From Candidatus Micrarchaeota archaeon (GTDB lineage: Archaea > Micrarchaeota > Micrarchaeia > Anstonellales > Anstonellaceae), in contig JAOAJY010000004.1 in assembly GCA_026413965.1 (NCBI GenBank), forward strand, positions 1 to 54,928: DNA of 54,928 nt, given 5' to 3'. Both the position numbers and the translations under genes were made by a program. Shown piece after piece: positions 36,804-46,090 of this stretch. The notes under the pieces were generated by a model, which was given only the letters and a program-made list of their open reading frames with translations, did no database searches and had not been told where the DNA came from. How positions within the stretch are numbered: the first letter of the stretch is position 1; each line of letters starts with the position of its first letter.

Positions 36804-37949
36804 ATGAAGATAATCATATGCCATGCTTCCCTTAACCAGAAAGGAGGGGGCGAACGGGCAGTGTTGGAAATAGCTAAGAGATTTGACGCTACAATCTACA
36901 CCACTCATTACAACAAATCCTATACTTATCCTGAATTTTTGGAGCTTGACGTCCGCCCTCTCCCTCGCCTCTTGCTTGAGTTGCCGTTTTCTGTCGCAGC
37001 CAGGCTTGATCCTGACAGCCGGATGGTTGATGTAGTTGAATCAGCATTCCGTTTTTCCTTTCTTAAGATAAAGGAAGATTACGACGTGCTGAATCCCCAT
37101 TCTTTTCCATCAGAATATGTGGCATTTAGGAATGAACGCGTTTGCTGGTATTGCCACAGCCCATCCAGGGGCGCCTATGACCTTCATTCAACTTTCCTCT
37201 CCCAAAGGAATATTTTAGGCAAATCTACCTTGAAAATCGCATCAGCAGTAAACAAGCTGCTAGACCGTTATTCCATAAATAGGATAGGCACAATCTGCGC
37301 CAATTCCGAAATCACCGCAAAGCGAATAAATGATTATCTTGGAAGATATGACGTAGATGTCATCCATCCAGCTGTGGATCACTCAAGCTTTTATTGCGCA
37401 GGATTCTCCAGGTTTTTCTTCTATCCTTCCAGGTTTATTCCAGAAAAGAGGCAAGAATATGCAATTGAGGCATTTAGGTTGTCCAAATTAAGGGGATGGA
37501 GCCTAATCCTCGCAGGCTTTCTCCCAGATAATAAAAGGTGCAAAGCGTATTTTGAATATCTAAAAAAGAAGGCAAAGGGGCTTGATGTTAAGTTTGTCCT
37601 ACACCCCACCGACCAAAAGATGAGAGAACTTTATGCAAGCTGCTATGCTACTTTGTTTTGCGGGATGGATGAGGATTGGGGGCTTATTCCTCTTGAGTCC
37701 ATGGCAGCCTGCAAGCCAGTCGTGTCTGTCAATGAAGGCGGCCCTACAATCTCCATATTGCACGCAAAGACTGGCTTTTTGGTCAATTCTCCATCAGAAA
37801 TGGCGGAAAGAATGCGGTTTTTGGCAGAGCGCCCGGATGTCTGCGAGAAGATGGGCAAAGAAGGCAGAAAGCATGTGATGAGGAACTACACATGGAAGCG
37901 TTTTCTTGAAAAGCTGGAGAAAGTTTTCAGGAAAACTGCAAAGCTCTGA
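36804..37949 (+). CDS. Glycosyltransferase family 4
   Basis: GGGERAV N-terminal motif, RFIPEKR, EDWGLIPLESMACKPV-type GT-B signature (DEDWGLIPLESMAACKPV). Confidence 0.92.
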   Translation: MKIIICHASLNQKGGGERAVLEIAKRFDATIYTTHYNKSYTYPEFLELDVRPLPRLLLELPFSVAARLDPDSRMVDVVESAFRFSFLKIKEDYDVLNPHSFPSEYVAFRNERVCWYCHSPSRGAYDLHSTFLSQRNILGKSTLKIASAVNKLLDRYSINRIGTICANSEITAKRINDYLGRYDVDVIHPAVDHSSFYCAGFSRFFFYPSRFIPEKRQEYAIEAFRLSKLRGWSLILAGFLPDNKRCKAYFEYLKKKAKGLDVKFVLHPTDQKMRELYASCYATLFCGMDEDWGLIPLESMAACKPVVSVNEGGPTISILHAKTGFLVNSPSEMAERMRFLAERPDVCEKMGKEGRKHVMRNYTWKRFLEKLEKVFRKTAKL

Positions 37950-37953
37950 GTTT

Positions 37954-39918
37954 TCACATGGTCTGCCTTCGCCTTTTCTTTTTGCCGCTTTCTCCCTCTC
38001 CCAATTTCTTCTTTATCTCCAAAAGCTGGTCCCTAAGCTCAATTGCGCGCTCAAAGTCCAAGTCCTCTGCAGCCTTCTGCATCTCCATCTCCAAGTTTAT
38101 GGCAAGCGCTCTCAGCTCCTTGTAGCTTTCCGCCTTCTTCTCCTCCTCAATCTCAAGCTGCTTGCTGATGCCTTTTGAGACTGTTTTTGGGGTTATGCCG
38201 TGCCTCCGGTTGAACTCTTCCTGGATTCTCCTTCTCCTTTCAGTTTCTGCTACAGCCTTCTCTATCGCCTCCGTCCTCCTGTCGCAATAGAGTATGACTG
38301 TTCCATTCGCGTTTCGCGCAGCCCTCCCCATAGTCTGTATCAGGGAAGTTTCGTTTCTCAAGAAGCCCTCCTTGTCCGCGTCCAGTATCGCTACAAGGGA
38401 TACTTCTGGTATGTCCAGCCCCTCCCTCAAAAGGTTGATGCCCACCAGGCAGTCAAATTCCCCAAGCCGCAATTTCCTTATAAGCTCTGTCCGCTGTATT
38501 GTCTCAATCTCCGAGTGCAAATATCTGGCTTTGACATCGTGGCGATTAAGATAGTCGGTCAAATCCTCAGCCATCCTTTTTGTCAGAGTGGTCACAAGGG
38601 TTCTCTCCCCCCTCTCCGCCCTCGTCCGCACCTCGTTCATCAAGTCATCAATCTGCCCATCTGTCTTCCTGATGTATATTTTCGGGTCCAAAAGCCCGGT
38701 TGGGCGCACAAGCTGCTCCACTATCTGGAAAGACTTTTCCCTTTCATAAGGTCCAGGCGTTGCCGAAACAAATATCGTGTTTTTGAAGAATTTCTCCACC
38801 TCCTCAAACTTCAAGGGGCGGTTGTCGTATGCGCAAGGCAGCCTGAAGCCATAATCCACAAGGTTCTTTTTTCGCGTGTAGTCTCCATGGTACATGCCAT
38901 GAAGCTGCGGTATTGTGACATGCGACTCATCCACAACAATCAGCGAATCTTCAGGGAGGAAGTCCATGAGGGTGTAAGGCGGCTGCCCGGGAGACCTGCC
39001 GTCAAAATGCCTTGAGTAGTTCTCAATGCCTTTGCAGTAGCCCAGCTCTTCAATCAGCTCCAAATCGTATTCTGTGCGCGTCTTTAGCCTATGCGCCTCC
39101 AAATCAGGAAGCTCAGGAAGCCTTTGCTTGAGCTCTTCGCGTATGTCCCTCAAGGCCTTTTCCCTTATCGAAAGCGGGACGATGTAATGCTTGGCTGGGA
39201 AGATGCGTATCTCTGGAAGCTCGCGTATTTTTGCCGCGCTGACAGGCTCAAGAAGCATTATCTTGTCCACCTTGTCCTCATTGAGCACAATCCGGATTAT
39301 CTCGTCTTGGTATCCTGGAAGCACATCAATCGTGTCCCCTCTTGCGCGGACGGTGCCGGCAGCAAGCTCTGTGTCATTGCGCTCATACTGGATGGATATC
39401 AGCGATGCAATCAGAGATGAGCGCGGCATCAGCGCTCCTTTGCTGACCAGAACAGACTGCTCAAGCCATTCTTTTGGAGAGCCCAGCCCATATATGCATG
39501 AGACTGTGGCAACAATTATTGACGGTCCTGGGGAAAGGAGATATGCCGTTGATTGGAGGCGCAGCCTCTCAATCTTCTCGTTTATCTGCGCGTCCTTTTC
39601 TATATACGTGTCTGTTTGTGGTATGTAGCTTTCTGGCTGGTAGTAGTCGTAGTAGGACACGAAATAGCCTACTTTGTTTTTTGGGAAGAATTGCTTGAAT
39701 TCTGAGTAAAGCTGGGCTGCAAGGGTCTTGTTGTGGGAAATCACAAGGCAGGTTTTTCCAGCCTTTGCTATTACGTTTGCTATTGTGAATGTTTTGCCAG
39801 AGCCAGTCACTCCCAAAAGAGTCTGGTTTCCCCCTCTTTCTGCCCCCTTCAGCAGCTTAGCAATTGCCTCTGGCTGGTCTCCTGCCGGCTTGAAAGGCGC
39901 AACAAGCTCGTATCCCAT
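37954..39918 (-). CDS. uvrB: Excinuclease ABC subunit B
   Basis: GDQPEA, GVTGSGKT, YYDYYQPE beta-hairpin, VDESH, GINLLREGLD, GRAARN, C-terminal UVR domain. Confidence 0.98.
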   Translation of the reverse strand: MGYELVAPFKPAGDQPEAIAKLLKGAERGGNQTLLGVTGSGKTFTIANVIAKAGKTCLVISHNKTLAAQLYSEFKQFFPKNKVGYFVSYYDYYQPESYIPQTDTYIEKDAQINEKIERLRLQSTAYLLSPGPSIIVATVSCIYGLGSPKEWLEQSVLVSKGALMPRSSLIASLISIQYERNDTELAAGTVRARGDTIDVLPGYQDEIIRIVLNEDKVDKIMLLEPVSAAKIRELPEIRIFPAKHYIVPLSIREKALRDIREELKQRLPELPDLEAHRLKTRTEYDLELIEELGYCKGIENYSRHFDGRSPGQPPYTLMDFLPEDSLIVVDESHVTIPQLHGMYHGDYTRKKNLVDYGFRLPCAYDNRPLKFEEVEKFFKNTIFVSATPGPYEREKSFQIVEQLVRPTGLLDPKIYIRKTDGQIDDLMNEVRTRAERGERTLVTTLTKRMAEDLTDYLNRHDVKARYLHSEIETIQRTELIRKLRLGEFDCLVGINLLREGLDIPEVSLVAILDADKEGFLRNETSLIQTMGRAARNANGTVILYCDRRTEAIEKAVAETERRRRIQEEFNRRHGITPKTVSKGISKQLEIEEEKKAESYKELRALAINLEMEMQKAAEDLDFERAIELRDQLLEIKKKLGEGESGKKKRRRQTM

Positions 39919-39961
39919 ATCAACCTTCCCAAAAAGCGCAATCGCTACGGAGGAGTCCAAT

Positions 39962-40381
39962 CTACAACTGCTTGCTTCTCCTTGTCACATGGTCTATCTT
40001 TTTTGCAATTGTTGAGAGCTTCACTTTCCCATAATCCTGCAGCGCGAATATCACGTAGAAGCCCACGCCCACCCCTATCAGCATGAGAGGGATGGTGAAA
40101 AGCTTCCCATAATAGCTTTGAGGCACAAAGTCGCCATACCCAACAGTTGTTATTGTGGCTGTGGTGAAATATATCGAGTCTTCCCAGCTCCATCCCTCAA
40201 GGGTGTGGAACACAAAAATGGATATGAGATAGACAGAAAAAAGCATCAGAAGGGCATAGGTAATCTTCTTCCTTACCTTCTCCCTTTGAATCTCCAGCTC
40301 CAAGTCTATATACGACTGTATGTCCAGGCTTTGCCTCAGCTTCCTCCTAATCGGCGCGGAATGTACGGCCCTCACAGGCAT
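39962..40381 (-). CDS. Two-TM potassium channel (KcsA-like, no RCK domain)
   Basis: Selectivity filter TTVGYGD between two TM helices. Confidence 0.92.
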   Translation of the reverse strand: MPVRAVHSAPIRRKLRQSLDIQSYIDLELEIQREKVRKKITYALLMLFSVYLISIFVFHTLEGWSWEDSIYFTTATITTVGYGDFVPQSYYGKLFTIPLMLIGVGVGFYVIFALQDYGKVKLSTIAKKIDHVTRRSKQL

Positions 40382-40385
40382 ATCT

Positions 40386-42221
40386 TCACCAACCCTCTTT
40401 GGCTTTCTGCAAGGCTTTGGAATAAGCAGCATAATAATTCTTTACAAGCTTTGCCCAGTCAATATGGCGTATCGTGGCCATCGCCCTATTTTTCTGCCTC
40501 TCAAGAGAATTTTGGGGAAGATGGTATATCCTTTCAAGCTCCTGCGAAAGCTCGTCCGATGCCGCTGATTTGCTTTTTCCAGCCATCCTTATGACAATTA
40601 TCCCAGAGTCCCTCTTTATGCGCTTTTCCATCATGTATCTTCCAAATCCAGTCATATCAGATGTTATTGCGATGCTGCCTTTTATTGCCGCCTCCACAGG
40701 CGTATAGCCGAAAGGCTCGTATCTTGATGGAAAAACGCCAACATCCATAGCGGATATGACATCGTAGTAGTTCAAATTCATCAATCCGTCATTAGGCTTG
40801 ATGTAAGTAGGATAAAAAATCACTTTCACAGCGTTTTCTTTGCGGTTGTCCAGCCCAGCCTCGACGCATGCTTTTATTATGGAGTCATTTTGGTAGGCAA
40901 GGTCATAGCAGTTTATGTGCGGCTTTTCCCCGTCTTTCACAAAGCCCTTGAGCATATTCTCTATGTCATGGCGGATGCTTCCGTTCAGATGCTGCACAGT
41001 CTCCTGGAGATTGGCATATTTTACGTTTCTCATGCTAGGTATCTCTTCAAGTATCTCGGTTATTTTGTCAAGCAGAAGATAGTTTTTTATGATTGAAATC
41101 TTGGGGCCTTTGACTGAGCTTGGGGCGAATATGAATGCGAATATTTTCCTGTCCGCTTTCCTCTTTTTCAGCCTTTCATTGAGCTTCCCCAAAGCCTCTA
41201 TGAATATGTCAAATCCTTTGTTGGTGAATTCGTATCTTCCAGAGATATAAACAAAAAGCGGATTGTCATATCTTTGGGGGTAATAGCTTATGAAGCATGC
41301 CTCCAAAAACTGCTGAAGCTCTCTTCTTGCGTATGAAGACAAATCATGCTCCTCCTCCAGCTCTTTCCTGCTTCTTATCTCTATCCCATTTGTGGTTATG
41401 ATGTCCGCTTGCCGCCCAAGCATATAGCGAACTTCCTCTGCGACGGTCTTGCTTACGGTGGTGAATATGGTGCTTTCCCTGGCTGCCGCCATCTCCAGCT
41501 GATGCTTTCCCTCAACCCTCATGTTGTATGCGACATTTATGGAAATGGGCTCTTTGGACTCCATAGATTCCTTCAAGACATCCACTCCAGCTGAGGCAAG
41601 AGCCCTGCCGAGCACAGTGGCATGCGTTGTGAAGACCGTCCCTGCTTTCAGCCCGTTCATTTTGCAGTGCAAAAGCGCTGCCCCTGAAATCCACTCGTGG
41701 AACTGGATGACTGTGGCTCTCTCATCAAAGATTCCCTTCTCAAAAAGCTTTTGCAGAAGCATCCCTGCCCCCAAGCACCACCCCACATTCTCGTCAAAGT
41801 CCCAAGATTTTTCGGTCAGCGAGTCGACACCGAAATTTTTCCAAAGGAGGAACTTGAAATAGTTTATCTGCCTGTCTTTCTGGACGCTTGTCCCGTTTAT
41901 GTATTCGACATGCCTCTCAGCCGCAGCTTTTGCATCAACGCATATGATGCTTGCTTCTCCCCCGTAAATCCATTTGCCAGCTTTGCACCTCACCCCGCTT
42001 GCCTCAAGCTCTGAGAATATGTCTTTCAAAGCCCCTTTGGGCTCCTCCCATCTGACATCCTCATTGCATTTTTCATCAAGAAAGCCTATGAGAAGATAGC
42101 CTTGCTTGAATTTGCTTTGGAAATAAGGGGCTTTGCTTCTAAGCACGGTGTAGATTCCGCCTATTTTCCTTCCTGCTTCAGATGAGACTTCAATAAGCGA
42201 CTTTGGCTCCTTTGCTGCCAT
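40386..42221 (-). CDS. Glycogen synthase, GT3 family
   Basis: KIGGIYTV, FHEW, VFTTHATVLGR, GRYEFTNKG, FPSRYEPFGYTP. Confidence 0.9.
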   Translation of the reverse strand: MAAKEPKSLIEVSSEAGRKIGGIYTVLRSKAPYFQSKFKQGYLLIGFLDEKCNEDVRWEEPKGALKDIFSELEASGVRCKAGKWIYGGEASIICVDAKAAAERHVEYINGTSVQKDRQINYFKFLLWKNFGVDSLTEKSWDFDENVGWCLGAGMLLQKLFEKGIFDERATVIQFHEWISGAALLHCKMNGLKAGTVFTTHATVLGRALASAGVDVLKESMESKEPISINVAYNMRVEGKHQLEMAAARESTIFTTVSKTVAEEVRYMLGRQADIITTNGIEIRSRKELEEEHDLSSYARRELQQFLEACFISYYPQRYDNPLFVYISGRYEFTNKGFDIFIEALGKLNERLKKRKADRKIFAFIFAPSSVKGPKISIIKNYLLLDKITEILEEIPSMRNVKYANLQETVQHLNGSIRHDIENMLKGFVKDGEKPHINCYDLAYQNDSIIKACVEAGLDNRKENAVKVIFYPTYIKPNDGLMNLNYYDVISAMDVGVFPSRYEPFGYTPVEAAIKGSIAITSDMTGFGRYMMEKRIKRDSGIIVIRMAGKSKSAASDELSQELERIYHLPQNSLERQKNRAMATIRHIDWAKLVKNYYAAYSKALQKAKEGW

Positions 42222-42261
42222 AATGGCTCATCGTTTCTCCGCTTTATAAATCCTATGCAGG

Positions 42262-43278
42262 CTATTCAATCAAGGCATCCACCACAACCTGCTCCACCTC
42301 TTTTGAGTAGGGCCGCACTATGCGCCTGAATACTATCCTGCATCCTCTTCCCATTTTTTCCGAGGCGCTTTCTATCTCGCGCTCCGCTTTCAGGTATGGC
42401 TCGGCTGCGCTTCCAAACGAGTAGTAGTGCAGGCACCCTCCTCTCTTCAAGCAGGGAAGCAAATGCTCAAGGAAGCTGATGCTGTCTTTTGGCAGTGGCA
42501 TGACTATGCGATTTGCCCATCCCTTGTATTCTCCTGGGAAAACCTCTCGGACATCGCCCAAGATGGCAGAAACATTTTTGAGGCGATTTCTGGCTATGTT
42601 CATTTCAAAATATCCGAATGCATCAGGATTCAGCTCCACCCCAACCACATTGGCTTGCTTTTGCTTTTTTGCGATCCTTATCGCAAAAGGCCCCACTCCG
42701 GCAAATGGCACAAGGACATTCTCTCCAGGCTTCACCAATCCGGCAATCCTTTCCCTCTCAGTCCCGAGGCGGGGGGAAAAGTAAGACTTGTTCAAATCAA
42801 GCTCAAACTCGCAGCCGCCCTCTTTATGCACTGTGCGTGTCCTTCTTTCGCCTGCAATCACCTCAACAGGGCGAATCCTGTATTCTCCATAGGTGCCGCC
42901 CAGCTTTTTTGCCACCACCTTCACGTTCCGGTGGTTTTTCATGATTGCTGAGGCGATAAGCTTCTGCTTCTTTTCAAGCGATGGAGGTATTTCGGCGACC
43001 GCTATGTCTCCAACGATGTCAAATGATTTCACAAGGTCTCCAAGCTCCTTGTCGGTAAGCTTGCCTTTCAGCTCATCTTTGAGGCTTTTCCCCCTTTTTT
43101 GCCTTTTTTGGCATTTGCGATTTTCGGTTCTCATGCCTGGAGGCGCGGATTTCACAGGGAAGTACACATAGCCTCCATGCCGGCAAGGCGCATATCTATC
43201 GTCAATCAGCCCCTCGCCAGCAAGCCGGCGGCGCACCAGCTCCGCATTTTCCCTTGCGGCTTTCACGCAAAGTGGCAT
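42262..43278 (-). CDS. trm5: tRNA (guanine37-N1) methyltransferase, Trm5/Taw22 family
   Basis: N-terminal D1 domain, SFDIVGDIA, YFSPRLGTER, SAM motif FAGVGPFA, VMPLP. Confidence 0.85.
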   Translation of the reverse strand: MPLCVKAARENAELVRRRLAGEGLIDDRYAPCRHGGYVYFPVKSAPPGMRTENRKCQKRQKRGKSLKDELKGKLTDKELGDLVKSFDIVGDIAVAEIPPSLEKKQKLIASAIMKNHRNVKVVAKKLGGTYGEYRIRPVEVIAGERRTRTVHKEGGCEFELDLNKSYFSPRLGTERERIAGLVKPGENVLVPFAGVGPFAIRIAKKQKQANVVGVELNPDAFGYFEMNIARNRLKNVSAILGDVREVFPGEYKGWANRIVMPLPKDSISFLEHLLPCLKRGGCLHYYSFGSAAEPYLKAEREIESASEKMGRGCRIVFRRIVRPYSKEVEQVVVDALIE

Positions 43279-43287
43279 CTTTGCACC

Positions 43288-46053
43288 TCAGCTGATGAGT
43301 ATGCTTGGCTTTCCCGGAAGGGCATACGAGGCTTTCGGAGAGCCGCTTTTGCTTTCCTCTGCCACTATCACCTGGGCTCCGAATTCCTCTGAAAGAAGCT
43401 TGGTTGCGGACTTTAGGGCCTCCAGCTCAAACTTTTCATCCATTGTTTTGCCCAATGCCCCTATGTTTTTCATATAGCTTTGGAGCACTCTTGCAGCATC
43501 TTTCGCATGGGCTTTTATTTCCGGATCATCCATCGCCCTCTTCATTGCTGCGTCAAACTTCTTCTCCTCTGAGGCTATGCTTCGGAGCTTCCTCTTCCAG
43601 CCTGAGGCTACAAAAAGCTCAATTTTCCCGATATTCTTGATTTTCAGCAGCTTCATTATGGACTGTATGTCTTCCTTTACTTTGAGAAGATACTCCTCTG
43701 CTTCCTCAAGCTCATCATCAACCTTTGCCGCATCCCCATCAGGCATGCGCGCGGCTACAGCAAATGGGGCATCATCCACGTAGTGCTTCTTTCCAAGCTT
43801 TTCCCACATTTCCTCTGCAAAATGGGGCAAAAACGGCGCAACCAATGGGACCCAAACCTCAAAGAATTCCCGCAGCTTCGGCTTTTTTGCCCTTTTGAGG
43901 TACCACTGCACATCGTTGAATGTTTCATAAAACAGCTCAAGCGCCAATTCCCGAAGCTGGAAATTCTCATACATCTGTGGCGCGCGGATAGCTCTCCTGT
44001 GGATTCTTGACAAAATCCACCTGTCAGCAGAATCCTTCTCGCCATCGTCTTTGGAGCATGCATGCCTTTCCATCACGCCCATCATCAATCTCATCCTTGA
44101 AACTATCCCCTCTGCTGCCGGGCGGTTGAAATCGGTGTCGGATGACAAATCTGCTCCTGAGACGACCATGAACCGGACAGCATCGGCTCCAAATTCGCGT
44201 ATCGCCTGCCTTATTGGCATTATGTTTCCCATTGATTTGCTCATCTTCTTGCCGTCCATGAGCACAAACCCATTAGTTACAATCTGCTTTGGCCAATGCT
44301 CTTTCCAAAATATTGCGGTGTGGTTGAATATGAAGTAGGTCAGGTGGTTGTGTATCAGGTCAGTGGCTGAATGCCTGCTGTCCAGCGGATACCAATACAA
44401 AAACTCCCTGCGCATAAGCTCTGCCTCTGGCGGAAGCTTTGCTTTAGGCTCCTTTCCCAAGAAGACATAGTCAAAAAGCTCATCGGTCAGCTTTTCAGGC
44501 TCCATTCTCATAGCTATGTGGGCAATCGTGTAAAAGGCCATGTATATTGTGGAGTCTGAGAGGGCCTCAATCATCTTGGTTTGGTCAAAAGGGAAGCTAG
44601 TCCCAAGCCCATGCGAGCGCGTGCATGCTTTTTGCTTGAGCCATCCTATAGTGTATTCATAGTCTTTTCTTGTTTTTTCAGGAAGGATTCTCATGCTGGA
44701 CAGATGGCTATGTGTCTTGCTTTTCCACTCCGCGTTTGCATAGTCAATGAACCACTGGTCTTTTACAATTTTCACGCCCACAAGGCCTCCAAACCTGCTG
44801 TATATTGGGCCATTTGATATTTCATAAAGGCTTAGCGCCATTCCCTCAGCAATCATTTTTTCCTTTACTCTTTCCTTAGCCTCAACTCCCCTCATGCCTG
44901 CAAATTCTCCGGCAACCATCACCCCTGTATGCGCCTCTTTTTTGTATATCTCAGCTGTGGCAAGCTCTGCTTTGGGGTCGTTTTGGTCTCTGACGCCCAT
45001 CTTTTCGCACATTTCCTTAGCAGGATGTTCCCCAAAACCATCCAGCCTCAAAACTTGGATGAATCTAATTTTTCCTTCCAAGCCAGCGTCCCTTATGGCA
45101 AGATAATCATATGGCGCATGCGCAGGGACAGACATGACAACGCCAGTTCCATGCCCAGGATTGACGAAAGTTGCTGGAAGGATTGGTATTTCCTCTTGCG
45201 TGATTGGGTTTTTTGCCTTGTGCTTCATCATTTCATCAGGGTTAACCTCTCCTTTCGGCTCAATCTCAATCTGCATGGACAGCGAAGGCAGGCATTCTTT
45301 CGACACATAAAGTATTCTCCCTCCGGATGCCGCCTTGACATATGTTGCCTTTGGATTGACCCAGATATTTGTGACTCCATATATGGTTTCTGGGCGGTAA
45401 GTTGCGCAGACCAAAAATCCGTCAAGGAAAGGAAAAAGTATTCCGCTAATTTCTTCAATCTGCGGGTCTATGTCTCCCCTCGTGTCATGCGCCCCAACAG
45501 CGGTGTTCCCCACAGGGCACCAAGGCACTGGATGCTCTCCTTTTTTTATGTAGCCTGCTTGGTTGAGCTTTGCGAATTGCCAGTGTATGAAGCGGTTGAA
45601 CTGCGGGTCGTATGAGTAAAATTTTCTTCTCCAATCAATCGAGTAGCCCATCTCTTTCATTCCTGCCTCTATCTCATGCGAAAAGTAAGTGACCAGCTTG
45701 CGCGGGTCAGTCAATCCTTCGCTGACCTCTTTTGGTATCTTGTATATCTTCTCAAATATCTCAAGCACTTCTTTGTCTTTGTCAGCGATTCTTTTCGCCA
45801 TGGCAAGTACAGGGGTCCCTGTCACATGGAATCCCATGGGAAACAGCACATTCTTTCCTTTCATCCGCATATAGCGAGCATAAATGTCTGTGGTGGTGTA
45901 GGTCCTTCCATGCCCTATGTGCTGCGGAGAATTTGGATAAGGAAAAGCGGCAGTCAAGTAGAATTTTTCCCTGTTTCCAATCTGGGGCTGGAAAATGCCT
46001 GCATCCTCCCACCTTTTTTGCCATTTTGCTTCTATTTCTCTCATGCAGTCCAT
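43288..46053 (-). CDS. leuS: Leucine--tRNA ligase (archaeal type)
   Basis: AFPYPNSPQHIGH, CP1 editing domain (TYRPET, GTGVVMSVPAHAPYD), KMSKS, KALPGKPS-like C-terminus (YALPGKPSI). Confidence 0.97.
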   Translation of the reverse strand: MDCMREIEAKWQKRWEDAGIFQPQIGNREKFYLTAAFPYPNSPQHIGHGRTYTTTDIYARYMRMKGKNVLFPMGFHVTGTPVLAMAKRIADKDKEVLEIFEKIYKIPKEVSEGLTDPRKLVTYFSHEIEAGMKEMGYSIDWRRKFYSYDPQFNRFIHWQFAKLNQAGYIKKGEHPVPWCPVGNTAVGAHDTRGDIDPQIEEISGILFPFLDGFLVCATYRPETIYGVTNIWVNPKATYVKAASGGRILYVSKECLPSLSMQIEIEPKGEVNPDEMMKHKAKNPITQEEIPILPATFVNPGHGTGVVMSVPAHAPYDYLAIRDAGLEGKIRFIQVLRLDGFGEHPAKEMCEKMGVRDQNDPKAELATAEIYKKEAHTGVMVAGEFAGMRGVEAKERVKEKMIAEGMALSLYEISNGPIYSRFGGLVGVKIVKDQWFIDYANAEWKSKTHSHLSSMRILPEKTRKDYEYTIGWLKQKACTRSHGLGTSFPFDQTKMIEALSDSTIYMAFYTIAHIAMRMEPEKLTDELFDYVFLGKEPKAKLPPEAELMRREFLYWYPLDSRHSATDLIHNHLTYFIFNHTAIFWKEHWPKQIVTNGFVLMDGKKMSKSMGNIMPIRQAIREFGADAVRFMVVSGADLSSDTDFNRPAAEGIVSRMRLMMGVMERHACSKDDGEKDSADRWILSRIHRRAIRAPQMYENFQLRELALELFYETFNDVQWYLKRAKKPKLREFFEVWVPLVAPFLPHFAEEMWEKLGKKHYVDDAPFAVAARMPDGDAAKVDDELEEAEEYLLKVKEDIQSIMKLLKIKNIGKIELFVASGWKRKLRSIASEEKKFDAAMKRAMDDPEIKAHAKDAARVLQSYMKNIGALGKTMDEKFELEALKSATKLLSEEFGAQVIVAEESKSGSPKASYALPGKPSILIS

Positions 46054-46090
46054 CTATTCGGCAAAAAATAAAAATTTGCGTTGCCTGCCG

